Positions 51,840 through 61,176 of a DNA stretch of 64,000 bases are shown here, one piece after another; within the stretch, counting starts at the first letter, position 1, and each line of letters begins with the position of its first letter. A model generated the notes under the pieces. That model saw nothing but the letters and a program-made list of their open reading frames with translations, was not told where the DNA came from and searched no databases. Both the position numbers and the translations under genes were made by a program. Source of the DNA: Spirochaetota bacterium (GTDB lineage: Bacteria; Spirochaetota; UBA6919; CBDBPB01); assembly GCA_965208615.1 (NCBI GenBank), contig CBDBPB010000004.1, positions 416,001 through 480,000 of the forward strand. The letters run 5' to 3'.

Positions 51840-52598
51840 TTATCTTCTTCTACCACCAAAACTTCTTCTACCGCCAAAACCCCTACTTCTCCTACCAAAG
51901 CCACGAGACTTACCAGTACTAGAGCGTTTTCTACCACCAAACCACCCCCCTTTACCAGCTGACTTTTTCCCCCATGCACCACTAGGACCACTCTTAAATT
52001 TCTTAGGTGCATTTTTCTGAAAAGACTTATTAAAACTGTTAGTTTTTGCAACCTGTTTTTTATAAGCTGGAGTTGAACGATGAGAATTCCTTCTACTCCT
52101 TATAGTGCTATAACTGGACATAGGCGTACGATAAAACGACCTGGATAATGCCCAATATGTAAATACTCCAATAGCCGCATAATAAATAGGTGAATGATGA
52201 GAATAATAGCCATAAGGGCCATAACCTGTTCTGGTATACGAAGATTTATTACTTTCTGTATCAAAGTCCCTGTTAAAGGCAAGCAGTTTCTCACCCTTGT
52301 CAATCTTAGCATTCTGGGGATTGCTGTCTATATAAAGAACTACACTTTGTTTTTTCTCGCCAGTATTCTTAACAGCAATAGATATAATTTCATCTCCGGT
52401 ATATATTTCATTTACCTTTTTCTCAAACTCCTGAGGGCTTTTAGCGGTCTCAAACGCCTTTGATACGGCATCCACATCAAGATTAAGCTTACTAGCCCTA
52501 CCATAATCACCTTCTGCCCATTGTTTTTTTTTATCGCTCCCACAACCAAATACTAATAAAAATATAACCAATAAGCTAAATAATGTTTTATTTAACAT
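51840..52598 (-). CDS. Lipoprotein with Arg/Gly-rich low-complexity C-terminal tail (copy 1)
   Basis: Lipobox LVFGC; AGGAG RBS; tail GGWFGGRKRSSTGKSRGFGRRSRGFGGRRSFGGRRR. Confidence 0.85.
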   Translation of the reverse strand: MLNKTLFSLLVIFLLVFGCGSDKKKQWAEGDYGRASKLNLDVDAVSKAFETAKSPQEFEKKVNEIYTGDEIISIAVKNTGEKKQSVVLYIDSNPQNAKIDKGEKLLAFNRDFDTESNKSSYTRTGYGPYGYYSHHSPIYYAAIGVFTYWALSRSFYRTPMSSYSTIRSRRNSHRSTPAYKKQVAKTNSFNKSFQKNAPKKFKSGPSGAWGKKSAGKGGWFGGRKRSSTGKSRGFGRRSRGFGGRRSFGGRRR

Positions 52599-52704
52599 AT
52601 AATTCTCCTAATTTATAAAATTATAATGTATGGATTAAAAGGTTAATACTATACTAAAAAATAATACGAAGTAAAACGTCATTATATAACTACTTATACT
52701 AAAG

Positions 52705-53364
52705 CTAATAACCTGTACCATTCCCACCTATACGAGTTATATTAATGTTAGAGTTTTTTTTATTTCTCTCTATACTTTTCTCATCCTCTGCTTCTTTTAG
52801 AATATCATTTAACTCTTCATCATCCATATTTTCCATATTATCTATTTCTTCAAAAAGAATATCATAAAACTCTTTTTTGACTATAATTGTTTGCCAATCC
52901 TTAATTTTATCAGTTATACCTAAATTATCCTGCCACTGATTAAAATCATCAAACTCGCCGTCATACAACCCCCATAAAAACCTTACCCTCAATGGATTAA
53001 CCCTATCCCTTTTCATTAGATTAACTTTTGCCTGCGGATCAAAATCTTCATACCTATCAATATATCCCTCAATCTCATCGATTAAACTGTCAATATAGTC
53101 CCTACCCTTATCGCTAATCTTATAACAAATATTAACAGTATCAATTTTAACTAAATCGTTAAATAAGAGATCATCCATAACAGGCTCAAGGTGTTCATCA
53201 ATACCGCTAAGAGGTACTTCGAAAACATGTCCACCGCTGTCATCGGATATATCCATCTTTTTAAGTATATATATCCCAGCATAGTTAACGATTTCAAGGT
53301 TTATTTTTTTATTTGTTTCTTTGTCTAGTTCTTTGTTATAATAATAATGAAACTCGTCAGCCAT
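52705..53364 (-). CDS. Acidic hypothetical protein with a winged-helix-like segment
   Basis: LEPVMDDLLFNDLVKI...YKISDKGRDYIDSL resembles a wHTH wing; very Asp/Glu-rich; AGGGG RBS. Confidence 0.7.
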   Translation of the reverse strand: MADEFHYYYNKELDKETNKKINLEIVNYAGIYILKKMDISDDSGGHVFEVPLSGIDEHLEPVMDDLLFNDLVKIDTVNICYKISDKGRDYIDSLIDEIEGYIDRYEDFDPQAKVNLMKRDRVNPLRVRFLWGLYDGEFDDFNQWQDNLGITDKIKDWQTIIVKKEFYDILFEEIDNMENMDDEELNDILKEAEDEKSIERNKKNSNINITRIGGNGTGY

Positions 53365-53404
53365 TACTATACCCCTTAATAGTTAAGGTCAATACCTTAG
53401 TCAT

Positions 53405-53429
53405 ACTGTATATATAAAAATACAGTCAA
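53405..53429 (-). promoter_or_regulatory. Palindromic operator-like site overlapping a TTGACT -35 element
   Basis: ACTGTAT-N8-ATACAGT at 53405-53426; TTGACT on the minus strand at 53424-53429. Confidence 0.4.
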
Positions 53430-53533
53430 GCTCTAAAGTAGTAAATAAATTTCATACCACTCCCTTATATAGTTTAATCTAAAAAGATGTAGCTAATTTG
53501 TCAATAGAGAATGCCAAAAAAAACTACTATATA

Positions 53534-54427
53534 TTATGGCCTTGTTTTCCAGCGATCATGGAACCATAGCCATTGATCAGGCTTATCCTTAATAATATCC
53601 TCAAAATAGCTAGAAAACCTCTTTGTATTTATATATATAAACTCTTTTATAGATTTAGAATTAATAAGTTTAATTTCCTTAAAAGTTAGGGTGTGAACAT
53701 TATGAGAATCCCTATAAATATAAGCCAGCATAACTGATGCATTAGTACGCCTTGCCATACTAGCGGCTCCCCTTGCTGTAGATGCAAGCTTAGCAAAAAA
53801 TGGAACGAATATACCCCCTTTTACCTGATTTTGATCAACCAATAATGCTATTACCTCATTATTCCTTAATGCCCTACAGCTCTGGTAGTAACCATTTTTA
53901 CGATCCATAATCTTAGCACCAAAAGCCATTCTTCTTTTATTAATAAAAGTGTTTAATAAGCTATTATCCAAAGGACGAATAATAATATTTAGTAAATAAC
54001 CCAAATAAGGTATAACTAGTGCCAATAACTCCCAATTACTATAGTGAGCAGATATACAAATAATCCCTTTTCCTTTTTTGTGTAGAGCTTTAATAGTATT
54101 AAGGCTGTTATCGGAAAGTCTAATATTATCCATAAGGTTTTCACTATTAAACTTTGAAAACCCCAATACCTCAAAAATAGACTTACCCACATTAACAAAA
54201 CATTTTCGTCTAATAAGTCTAATTTCGCTATCACTTTTTGTATTAGCAAAAGCAAAACAAAGGTTTTTATAAGATTCTTTTTTAAGCTGGAACGAAAAAA
54301 TAAAGATAACGTATCCCACAATAGATGCAATTATCATACTAAGTTTATGGGGTATATATTTTACTATTTTCTCAAAAACAATTATTGGCAAATATTCTAA
54401 ATACTCTATCCATAGCGGTTTAGCCAT
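53534..54427 (-). CDS. LpxL/HtrB-family (lipid A / lysophospholipid) acyltransferase
   Basis: SAHYSNWE, RPLDN, LLVDQN, FVPFF, PDQWLWFHDRWKTRP. Confidence 0.92.
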   Translation of the reverse strand: MAKPLWIEYLEYLPIIVFEKIVKYIPHKLSMIIASIVGYVIFIFSFQLKKESYKNLCFAFANTKSDSEIRLIRRKCFVNVGKSIFEVLGFSKFNSENLMDNIRLSDNSLNTIKALHKKGKGIICISAHYSNWELLALVIPYLGYLLNIIIRPLDNSLLNTFINKRRMAFGAKIMDRKNGYYQSCRALRNNEVIALLVDQNQVKGGIFVPFFAKLASTARGAASMARRTNASVMLAYIYRDSHNVHTLTFKEIKLINSKSIKEFIYINTKRFSSYFEDIIKDKPDQWLWFHDRWKTRP

Positions 54428-54429
54428 TA

Positions 54430-54585
54430 TTAGACAGTAACGTCTAGTATTTTACCACTTTCTTCATTTTCAACTTTTTCATCCTGCTGATTATTAGCAT
54501 CAGATGCCTCTGTATTACTTTCCACTGAGGAATAACCAATGGCCGATGAATAGCTATATGCCTGTGGTAACTCACTTATAGACAT
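54430..54585 (-). CDS. 51-aa acidic small protein with YjfB-like C-terminal motif
   Basis: [60 protein letters not shown] lies inside the end of lolD, with a TAATG overlap; the ORF exactly fills the gap to the acyltransferase. Confidence 0.7.
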   Translation of the reverse strand: MSISELPQAYSYSSAIGYSSVESNTEASDANNQQDEKVENEESGKILDVTV

Positions 54586-55286
54586 TATATACCTCCATAT
54601 TTATTTATCTCTTGTATCTTACCATAAGCTAGTCTTACTTTACGGTCTGCCTTATTTGATATATCGGCATTATGGGTAACTAACACAATAGTAATTTTAT
54701 GATATTCTCTAATATCCCATAAGAGGCTTTGTATTTCTTGAGTAGTTTTTTCATCTAGATTACCAGTAGGTTCATCAGCAAGCATTATCATCGGATCATT
54801 AATTAATGCTCTAGCAACAGCAACTCTTTGCTGTTCACCGCCTGATAGCTCATTAGGCTTATGATTAGCTCTATTTTCAAGTTTAACTTCTTTTAATAAA
54901 GCCATAGCTTTTTCTTTTGCACTTTTTAGTTTAAACTTATTAGCCAAATAAGGGAGCATAACATTTTCTAGTGCAGTAAAATCGGGCAAAAGATAGTGAA
55001 ACTGAAATACAAAACCAATATTACTATTCCTAAAAGATGAAAGTTCATCTTCCGACATATCACTAATACTTTTATTAGCAATCATAATTCTACCCCTATG
55101 AATAGAGTCCAAGCCACCTATTAGGTTAAGCAAGGTACTTTTTCCACAACCGCTTTCACCAACTATAGCTATTATTTCACTTTTGTGAATATCCAAATTA
55201 ATACCTTTTAAGACTTCTAGTGGTAGGGCAGTTAAATAGTAATTTTTAAAAAGATTTCTTATTTTTATAATCTCCATATCACTCAT
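54585..55286 (-). CDS. lolD: Lipoprotein-releasing ABC transporter ATP-binding protein
   Basis: [20 protein letters not shown] (LolD motif), [19 protein letters not shown]. Confidence 0.9.
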   Translation of the reverse strand: MSDMEIIKIRNLFKNYYLTALPLEVLKGINLDIHKSEIIAIVGESGCGKSTLLNLIGGLDSIHRGRIMIANKSISDMSEDELSSFRNSNIGFVFQFHYLLPDFTALENVMLPYLANKFKLKSAKEKAMALLKEVKLENRANHKPNELSGGEQQRVAVARALINDPMIMLADEPTGNLDEKTTQEIQSLLWDIREYHKITIVLVTHNADISNKADRKVRLAYGKIQEINKYGGI

Positions 55287-56622
55287 ACCTTATAACAGAG
55301 GCTATATTCTCCAAAGCACTCTTCCTTGCTGGAAAGTAAGACGCCAACATGGATACAAAAATAGAAAATATACAAACCAGTTGCAAATCTCCAAAGTGTA
55401 TATGATAAGGCAGAGCTTTTATGTGTACCAATCCACCAGAGAGAACTTCCCATTTTACATATTGTTTATTAGTTCCATATTCAACATTATGGGCGAATTT
55501 TAGTATTTCATTAACAATATACTCTGTATACTGAATGAGTTCTGCCAGTGAGCCAAGGATCAATAAGCTAAAAATACTACCTAATAGTGTTCCTATAAGT
55601 CCGATTATTAGTCCTTCGATTAGGAATATCATTCTAATTGCCTTATTTTTAACGCCAAACGATTTTAAAATACCTATTTCTTTTCTTTTATCTATAACTA
55701 CTATATTGAGATTAAGATAGATAACTAAAAAGGATGCTATTATCATAATAGCCAATACTATTTTTATAAGGTCTTTTTCCCAGTTAAAGGCATGAAGAAG
55801 GTGTCTATTTAGCTCCTTCCACGTATATATAGTTAATTCTGGGAATTCTATATTTAAGATATTTTTTATTATATCGGCATCCTCTGGATTATAAAGTTTT
55901 ATTCCTAGTCCGGTTATTGCGTTATATACTTTTCCATCAATGCGGATCTTAGTATTAAAAACAATTTTGGATGTATTAATATTGGTAAAAGCCAAATAGT
56001 TATCATATTCTGCATAACCTGATTTAAATATTCCACTAACTCTAAATTTATATATTGGTATAAACTCTTCATCCATAAACCTTTCCCTTGATATTAATAC
56101 CTCGATATCGAGTTCTTTTCCCTGTTTAATTTTATTAATATTAATATTAAGTTTTTTTGCAAGACTATATCCGATTATTATTCTAAACTTTTTCAAGCTA
56201 TAATTGCCTGCCACTAAAGAAAAGTTATCCCTAAAGTCTTTATCCTTCATATAAAGGTTAGTATTATTTCCTCTTAGAAAAACTCCATAATACTTACTAT
56301 TTTCGTGTTTCAGAAGAACTTGGGATTTATAAAATGGGATAACCATTTTAATTTTATCTTTTATTTTATTATCAGTTAGTATATGATTTTTCACAAAGTT
56401 GTAGTTTATAAATTTAGTTTTAAGTAGCTGTATATGATAATCTTTATTAATATGTTTTTTTTTAATACTCTTATGGAATCCGTTAATTACAGACATAGTA
56501 ATAATAGGGATGGCTACTGACAAGCAAACTATTACTATACCAATAACAGAGATTCTGGATATAAAGTTATTAGTTTTTTTAGATTTAAAATATTTATAGC
56601 TAATGAGCAATTCGTATTTCAT
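55279..56622 (-). CDS. LolC/LolE-family ABC permease
   Basis: ISYKYFKSKK, MSVINGF, KRKEIGILKSFG, FLIEG, SYFPARKSA...VIRYE. Start placed at ATG 56622. Confidence 0.9.
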   Translation of the reverse strand: MKYELLISYKYFKSKKTNNFISRISVIGIVIVCLSVAIPIITMSVINGFHKSIKKKHINKDYHIQLLKTKFINYNFVKNHILTDNKIKDKIKMVIPFYKSQVLLKHENSKYYGVFLRGNNTNLYMKDKDFRDNFSLVAGNYSLKKFRIIIGYSLAKKLNININKIKQGKELDIEVLISRERFMDEEFIPIYKFRVSGIFKSGYAEYDNYLAFTNINTSKIVFNTKIRIDGKVYNAITGLGIKLYNPEDADIIKNILNIEFPELTIYTWKELNRHLLHAFNWEKDLIKIVLAIMIIASFLVIYLNLNIVVIDKRKEIGILKSFGVKNKAIRMIFLIEGLIIGLIGTLLGSIFSLLILGSLAELIQYTEYIVNEILKFAHNVEYGTNKQYVKWEVLSGGLVHIKALPYHIHFGDLQLVCIFSIFVSMLASYFPARKSALENIASVIRYE

Positions 56623-56848
56623 AATTTTATTATTAAGCAGGCAGTTTTTGTTAATACCGCACACATGAATATGAAATATACATGAAAGTTAGTTAAAAGT
56701 CCATATTATTGATGATGCTGCTGTATTATTGTAGAGGTATTATAAGTCATGCGGTTATTTTTTTTTATAGTTGCCTTCAATTTGTTATATAGAGGATTAG
56801 TGTCCCCACAGGGTTTTACATAAAACGTCAATATATAATATCAAAACA

Positions 56849-57025
56849 ATCCCTCCTATTCCTTTATGGAACAACAAATCCTTTAACACTTAATAAAGGT
56901 GTATAATTCCTAGTCTCAGTAAGGGATTCTTAATAGCTCTTTAAGTGATGATTACTTGCATAAAAAGTGATATTTTGTGTTCATTACTGAGGCATTTAAA
57001 CAGCACTTAAAGAGCATAGGAGGAT
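56849..57025 (+). ncRNA. Putative structured RNA (multi-branch fold with loop-loop pseudoknot), family unknown
   Basis: Six complementary pairings in about 180 nt, including a perfect 12-bp stem and a crossing 8-10-bp pair; three G-U wobbles all favour the + strand. Confidence 0.55.
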
Positions 57026-57055
57026 AAACCGTTTGATACAAGAAAATAACTTTTT

Positions 57056-57190
57056 CATCAATATTTTATCTTTTCTGTTCCACAAAGAAATCTAAAATAT
57101 ACCTCCCTTTACGTTATATGTCCTTTTTCTATGTAAAACTCCTTATAACATAATAGGCCTTACTCAATAACTAAATTATCATAAAACGTC
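57056..57190 (-). repeat. Dispersed intergenic repeat, copy B
   Basis: Reverse complement aligns end to end with 38249-38380. Confidence 0.9.
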
Positions 57191-57257
57191 ATCTCACTAC
57201 ACTTGCCTATACAAAAAAAAAATATCTATACATTAAAGTAGCCTTTAAAAAAAATAC

Positions 57258-57286
57258 TTGACTTTTTTTAATGTTCTAGTTATACT
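57258..57286 (+). promoter_or_regulatory. Putative sigma70 promoter of the small Zn-ribbon gene
   Basis: TTGACT-N17-TATACT. Confidence 0.6.
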
Positions 57287-57347
57287 TAAATACGATTATT
57301 CAACCACTTTGGTTATCTCCTTAATAAAAACATCCAGGGGTTTACAA

Positions 57348-57518
57348 ATGGCGAGTTATATTAGTGCCAAAAAAAAAGAAAATGTTGTCGGTAAATGCTG
57401 TTCATGCGACAGTAATAAAAATATAGTAAGCTGGATCCGTGATGAATATGGAAAGTTGCAAAACTTTTGTAAGGACTGCTTCGAAGAAGCTACCGGTAAA
57501 AGAGTGTCCAAAAGATAA
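57348..57518 (+). CDS. 56-aa CxxC...CxxC zinc-ribbon small protein
   Basis: MASYISAKKKENVVGKCCSCDSNKNIVSWIRDEYGKLQNFCKDCFEEATGKRVSKR; AGGGG RBS and its own promoter. Confidence 0.7.
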   Translation: MASYISAKKKENVVGKCCSCDSNKNIVSWIRDEYGKLQNFCKDCFEEATGKRVSKR

Positions 57519-57646
57519 TTTAATAAAATTATATCTTATTACAAAACCTACATAAACCTGATAATACTCGTTCTAATAGTATAGAACAAATACACTTACA
57601 AATAGTTATAGGAATCCTTTAGTATATATTTATATAGACAATAGTA

Positions 57647-59596
57647 CTATTTGTCAGTAAGAAGACTTTCAACTCCAGCCTTGTCTAGGGACTCTTTTTC
57701 TATAAGATGCTTTGCTATTAACTCTAACTTATCCACCTTATCCATGATAAGCTTCTTAGCATCACCATAACAACTATCAATAATAGCCTTAATCTCACTG
57801 TCTATAACCTCAGCAGTCTGCTCACTATAATCCTTATGACGTGCAATCTCTTTACCAATAAATATAGGCTCATCCTTCTGACCATAAGAAAGTGGACCTA
57901 ATAGCTCACTCATACCCCATTCGCATACCATTTGTCTTGCAATTTGTGTTCCTCTCTCAATATCATTAGATGCACCATTAGTAATAGCCTCTTTGCCAAA
58001 CTTGTACTCCTCACTAATTCGGCCGCCAAATAATATCATAATCTCTTCTATACAGAATTGCCTAGAATAAGTATGACGGTCATCCTCAGGCAAAGTTTGT
58101 GTTATACCAAGAGCATTCCCTCTTGGGATAATAGATACCTTATGTAGAGAGTTAGCATTAGGTAATAAATATGCCAGTAAAGCGTGTCCAGCCTCATGAT
58201 ATGCAGTAGTTATTTTCTCTTTCTCAGTTAATACAAGACTCCTACGCTCAGGACCCATAAGAACCTTATCCTTAGCCTCTTCAAGGTCTTCCATCTGAAC
58301 CCTCTTTTTACTCTTTCTTGCGGCAATAAGTGCAGCCTCATTAACAAGATTAGCAAGATCAGCTCCTGAAAAACCAGGAGTACCCCTAGCAATAATATGT
58401 GCATCCACAGACTTTGTTAATAGTATCTTCTGAAGATGTACACCTAAAATAGCCTCTCTACCCTTTATATCAGGACGTGATACAACTATTCTCCTATCAA
58501 ATCTACCAGGCCTCAAAAGTGCCGGATCTAAAACATCAGGCCGATTAGTAGCCGCCATAACAATTACAGTTTCATCACTATCAAAACCATCCATCTCAAC
58601 AAGCATCTGATTCAAAGTCTGTTCTCTTTCGTCGTGTCCACCACCATATCCAGCTCCACGCGTTCGTCCTACTGCATCCAACTCATCAATAAACAAAATA
58701 CAAGGCGCATTCTTCTTCCCCTGCTCAAAAAGATCCCGTACTCTACTAGCCCCTACTCCAACAAACATCTCAACAAACTCAGAACCACTCATATTAAAAA
58801 ATGGACGATTAGCTTCACCAGCAACAGATCTAGCCAATAAAGTCTTACCAGTCCCAGGTGGACCCATTAAAAGAACTCCCCTGGGTATTTTTGCTCCAAG
58901 CTTTTTAAATTTCTCAGGCTCTTTAAGAAATTCAACAGTTTCCTGAAGCTCAGTCTTAGCCTCTTCTACCCCAGCAACATCCTTAAAAGTAATAGACTTT
59001 TGAGAATTCTTAACTAATTTAGCTCTTGTCTTACCAAAAGAAAGTGCCTTATTACCAGTCCCCTGAATCTGGCGGAACATAAAAAACCATAATATTCCAA
59101 AAATTATAAGTCCAGGTATAACCGTTGTTAAAATGGTTGCAAAAATACTACTACTCTTTGGCTCAGCATTAAAAATAATCTTTTCGTTTTCTGGCTTATC
59201 CTTATTAACCTTTTCTAATTTATTAACAAGGTTATTATGGTCTATAGGACTATAGGTAACAAACCTTAAAGTAGGTCGTCCTTTAACTTTTTTAGCTGGT
59301 CCCCTATGATATCTTTTGTAATCCCTATAGAGACTACTTTCTAAAACAACTTCACCTTTAATTTCCTGATCGATTATTGTAATACTTTTCCATTCTACAT
59401 TTTCCTCTTCTACCAGAATAAGAAATTCTGAATAAGGAAGTTTTATATCATTTATACTGGATTCGCTAAAAATATATATAAAAAAAAGCAAACCCAAGAC
59501 TATTAAAGCTATAAAAGTAAAATTTTTATTAGGTTTTGGTCCATCTCCTTTCGGCGAAAAAGGATTCTTATTTTTTTCTTCATTGTTATCAGGCAT
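57647..59596 (-). CDS. ftsH: ATP-dependent zinc metalloprotease FtsH
   Basis: Two TM segments, [32 protein letters not shown]. Confidence 0.98.
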   Translation of the reverse strand: MPDNNEEKNKNPFSPKGDGPKPNKNFTFIALIVLGLLFFIYIFSESSINDIKLPYSEFLILVEEENVEWKSITIIDQEIKGEVVLESSLYRDYKRYHRGPAKKVKGRPTLRFVTYSPIDHNNLVNKLEKVNKDKPENEKIIFNAEPKSSSIFATILTTVIPGLIIFGILWFFMFRQIQGTGNKALSFGKTRAKLVKNSQKSITFKDVAGVEEAKTELQETVEFLKEPEKFKKLGAKIPRGVLLMGPPGTGKTLLARSVAGEANRPFFNMSGSEFVEMFVGVGASRVRDLFEQGKKNAPCILFIDELDAVGRTRGAGYGGGHDEREQTLNQMLVEMDGFDSDETVIVMAATNRPDVLDPALLRPGRFDRRIVVSRPDIKGREAILGVHLQKILLTKSVDAHIIARGTPGFSGADLANLVNEAALIAARKSKKRVQMEDLEEAKDKVLMGPERRSLVLTEKEKITTAYHEAGHALLAYLLPNANSLHKVSIIPRGNALGITQTLPEDDRHTYSRQFCIEEIMILFGGRISEEYKFGKEAITNGASNDIERGTQIARQMVCEWGMSELLGPLSYGQKDEPIFIGKEIARHKDYSEQTAEVIDSEIKAIIDSCYGDAKKLIMDKVDKLELIAKHLIEKESLDKAGVESLLTDK

Positions 59597-59757
59597 ATAT
59601 AATAATTACCTCGGATATATAAAGTTAATAATATTACTATCTTCTTTTATGAAAATTAAAATAACATAAATTTATTAAAATGTCAACTGACTTTATAAGC
59701 CTTTTTATACGCTGATACGTTTAAAACATTTAATAAAAAGTTTTATATAGCTGTTAG

Positions 59758-61176
59758 TTAAAGCTTTTTAAAATCCAAACGAATAACTATATTAGTTTTT
59801 ATGCTAACATAATAGTCCTCACAAAGAAGGCTTAACCTAAATGGAGACAGGGATAAAAGTCCAAATGGAACTATACCATCACATAAAACTAAGACTTCTT
59901 TTCTTTTATTACGAGGAATCTTTGAATTAATTAGTATTTCTTTAACTTTTTTTAATCCCGTTTTTTGATTAAGGTAAACCCTATCACCACACAATACAGA
60001 ACGAATACTAAGATTATTATTTAATCTACCTTTATCCACAAAAATAGACAGCCTATGTTCTTTATAATTACAGCTTAATTTAGGGTAATCAAAAGCACTA
60101 AACTCGGATACCTCTAACAAAACCCCTAAAGGATTTTTTAACTCAATAGCAGTATTTATTTTTAGATTTTTTAGAATCCCTCCTCCTAAGCTGTTAATCA
60201 GGTAAATAGTAAGGTGGGAATACTCAATATAAATCTCTATATCTTTTTTATGGAAAACAAGATTACTACCAATGCCATTATGCTTTTGGATCTGTGTAAC
60301 TAACTTATCGAGATTTTTTGATGAAAAATAATTATAATGTTTACCGATTTGTCGAGCGATAGTAATTATTATTCTTTTTTTTACTGAGGAGTCTAAGTTA
60401 TTAAATTTACTAATATCTATTCGTTTTTCTTTATCAGAAGAGTAAACCAAAGTCCTATTAATTTCTTTATCAACTATACTATTAATAAATTGGTTGTCCC
60501 TTTGTATATTACTAATTATCTTAGACAGTCTAGCTCTATAATCAGGGAAAACTAAACCTATGGATGGGTAAACCATAAGTCTTACTCGGTTACGTAAATA
60601 ATCTGTTTTAAGGTTTGAGCTGTCAACTAAATAGCTAATTTTATTATCATTAAGATAGCCTATAATATAAGACTTAGGAACATCCAAAAGAGGCCTTATT
60701 ATATTTATGGGATAATTTGATGAATATCCCATTGAACTAAGTCCAGCTAAAGAAGACCCCCTCATTAACCTCATAAAGAAGGTTTCCAGCTGATCATCAA
60801 GATGATGTCCTAGTGATAATTTATCAAAGTTATGCTTTATAATGATTTCTTTAAAATATTGAAAACGTACTTTCCGAGCCGACTCCTGAAGGTTTTTTTT
60901 ACTAGTAATAGGACAATCTTTTTTATAAAGAGGTATATTAATATTATTACATAGTTTTTCTATCCACTTTTCTTCATTATCCGATTCAGATTGACGAAGA
61001 TGATAATTTACATAAGCCGCACCTAATATAAGAGAATAGCTATTAGATATTGCACTAAATAAGTTTAAAAGACAGACTGAGTCTGGTCCACCAGATATTC
61101 CAATTAATATTTTATTCCCGCACTCGACTAAATCATGATCTTTAATAGTACTTATAAACCGTTCCATAAGGTTCAT
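59758..61176 (-). CDS. tilS: tRNA(Ile)-lysidine synthetase
   Basis: SGGPDS PP-loop, GHHLDDQLET, IIRPLL, DSSN...RNRVR. Confidence 0.95.
   Translation of the reverse strand: MNLMERFISTIKDHDLVECGNKILIGISGGPDSVCLLNLFSAISNSYSLILGAAYVNYHLRQSESDNEEKWIEKLCNNINIPLYKKDCPITSKKNLQESARKVRFQYFKEIIIKHNFDKLSLGHHLDDQLETFFMRLMRGSSLAGLSSMGYSSNYPINIIRPLLDVPKSYIIGYLNDNKISYLVDSSNLKTDYLRNRVRLMVYPSIGLVFPDYRARLSKIISNIQRDNQFINSIVDKEINRTLVYSSDKEKRIDISKFNNLDSSVKKRIIITIARQIGKHYNYFSSKNLDKLVTQIQKHNGIGSNLVFHKKDIEIYIEYSHLTIYLINSLGGGILKNLKINTAIELKNPLGVLLEVSEFSAFDYPKLSCNYKEHRLSIFVDKGRLNNNLSIRSVLCGDRVYLNQKTGLKKVKEILINSKIPRNKRKEVLVLCDGIVPFGLLSLSPFRLSLLCEDYYVSIKTNIVIRLDFKKL

Noticed and set aside
50954-52463. Leu/Pro-rich + strand ORFs and alternative-frame ORFs that appear duplicated
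   Set aside because: They are antisense or alternate frames of the duplicated lipoprotein genes; their similarity simply follows the DNA duplication
53495-53520. Sigma54 promoter candidates (TGGCA) here and near 10315 and 38612
   Set aside because: None has the required GG-N10-GC spacing
56870-56930. SAM-I riboswitch (AAGGTG...AATTCC resemblance) or group I intron R element (ACTGAGACTA on the minus strand)
   Set aside because: The remaining conserved elements (AUCxAGAG / GAGGGA-GGCCC for SAM-I; P, Q and S for group I) are absent
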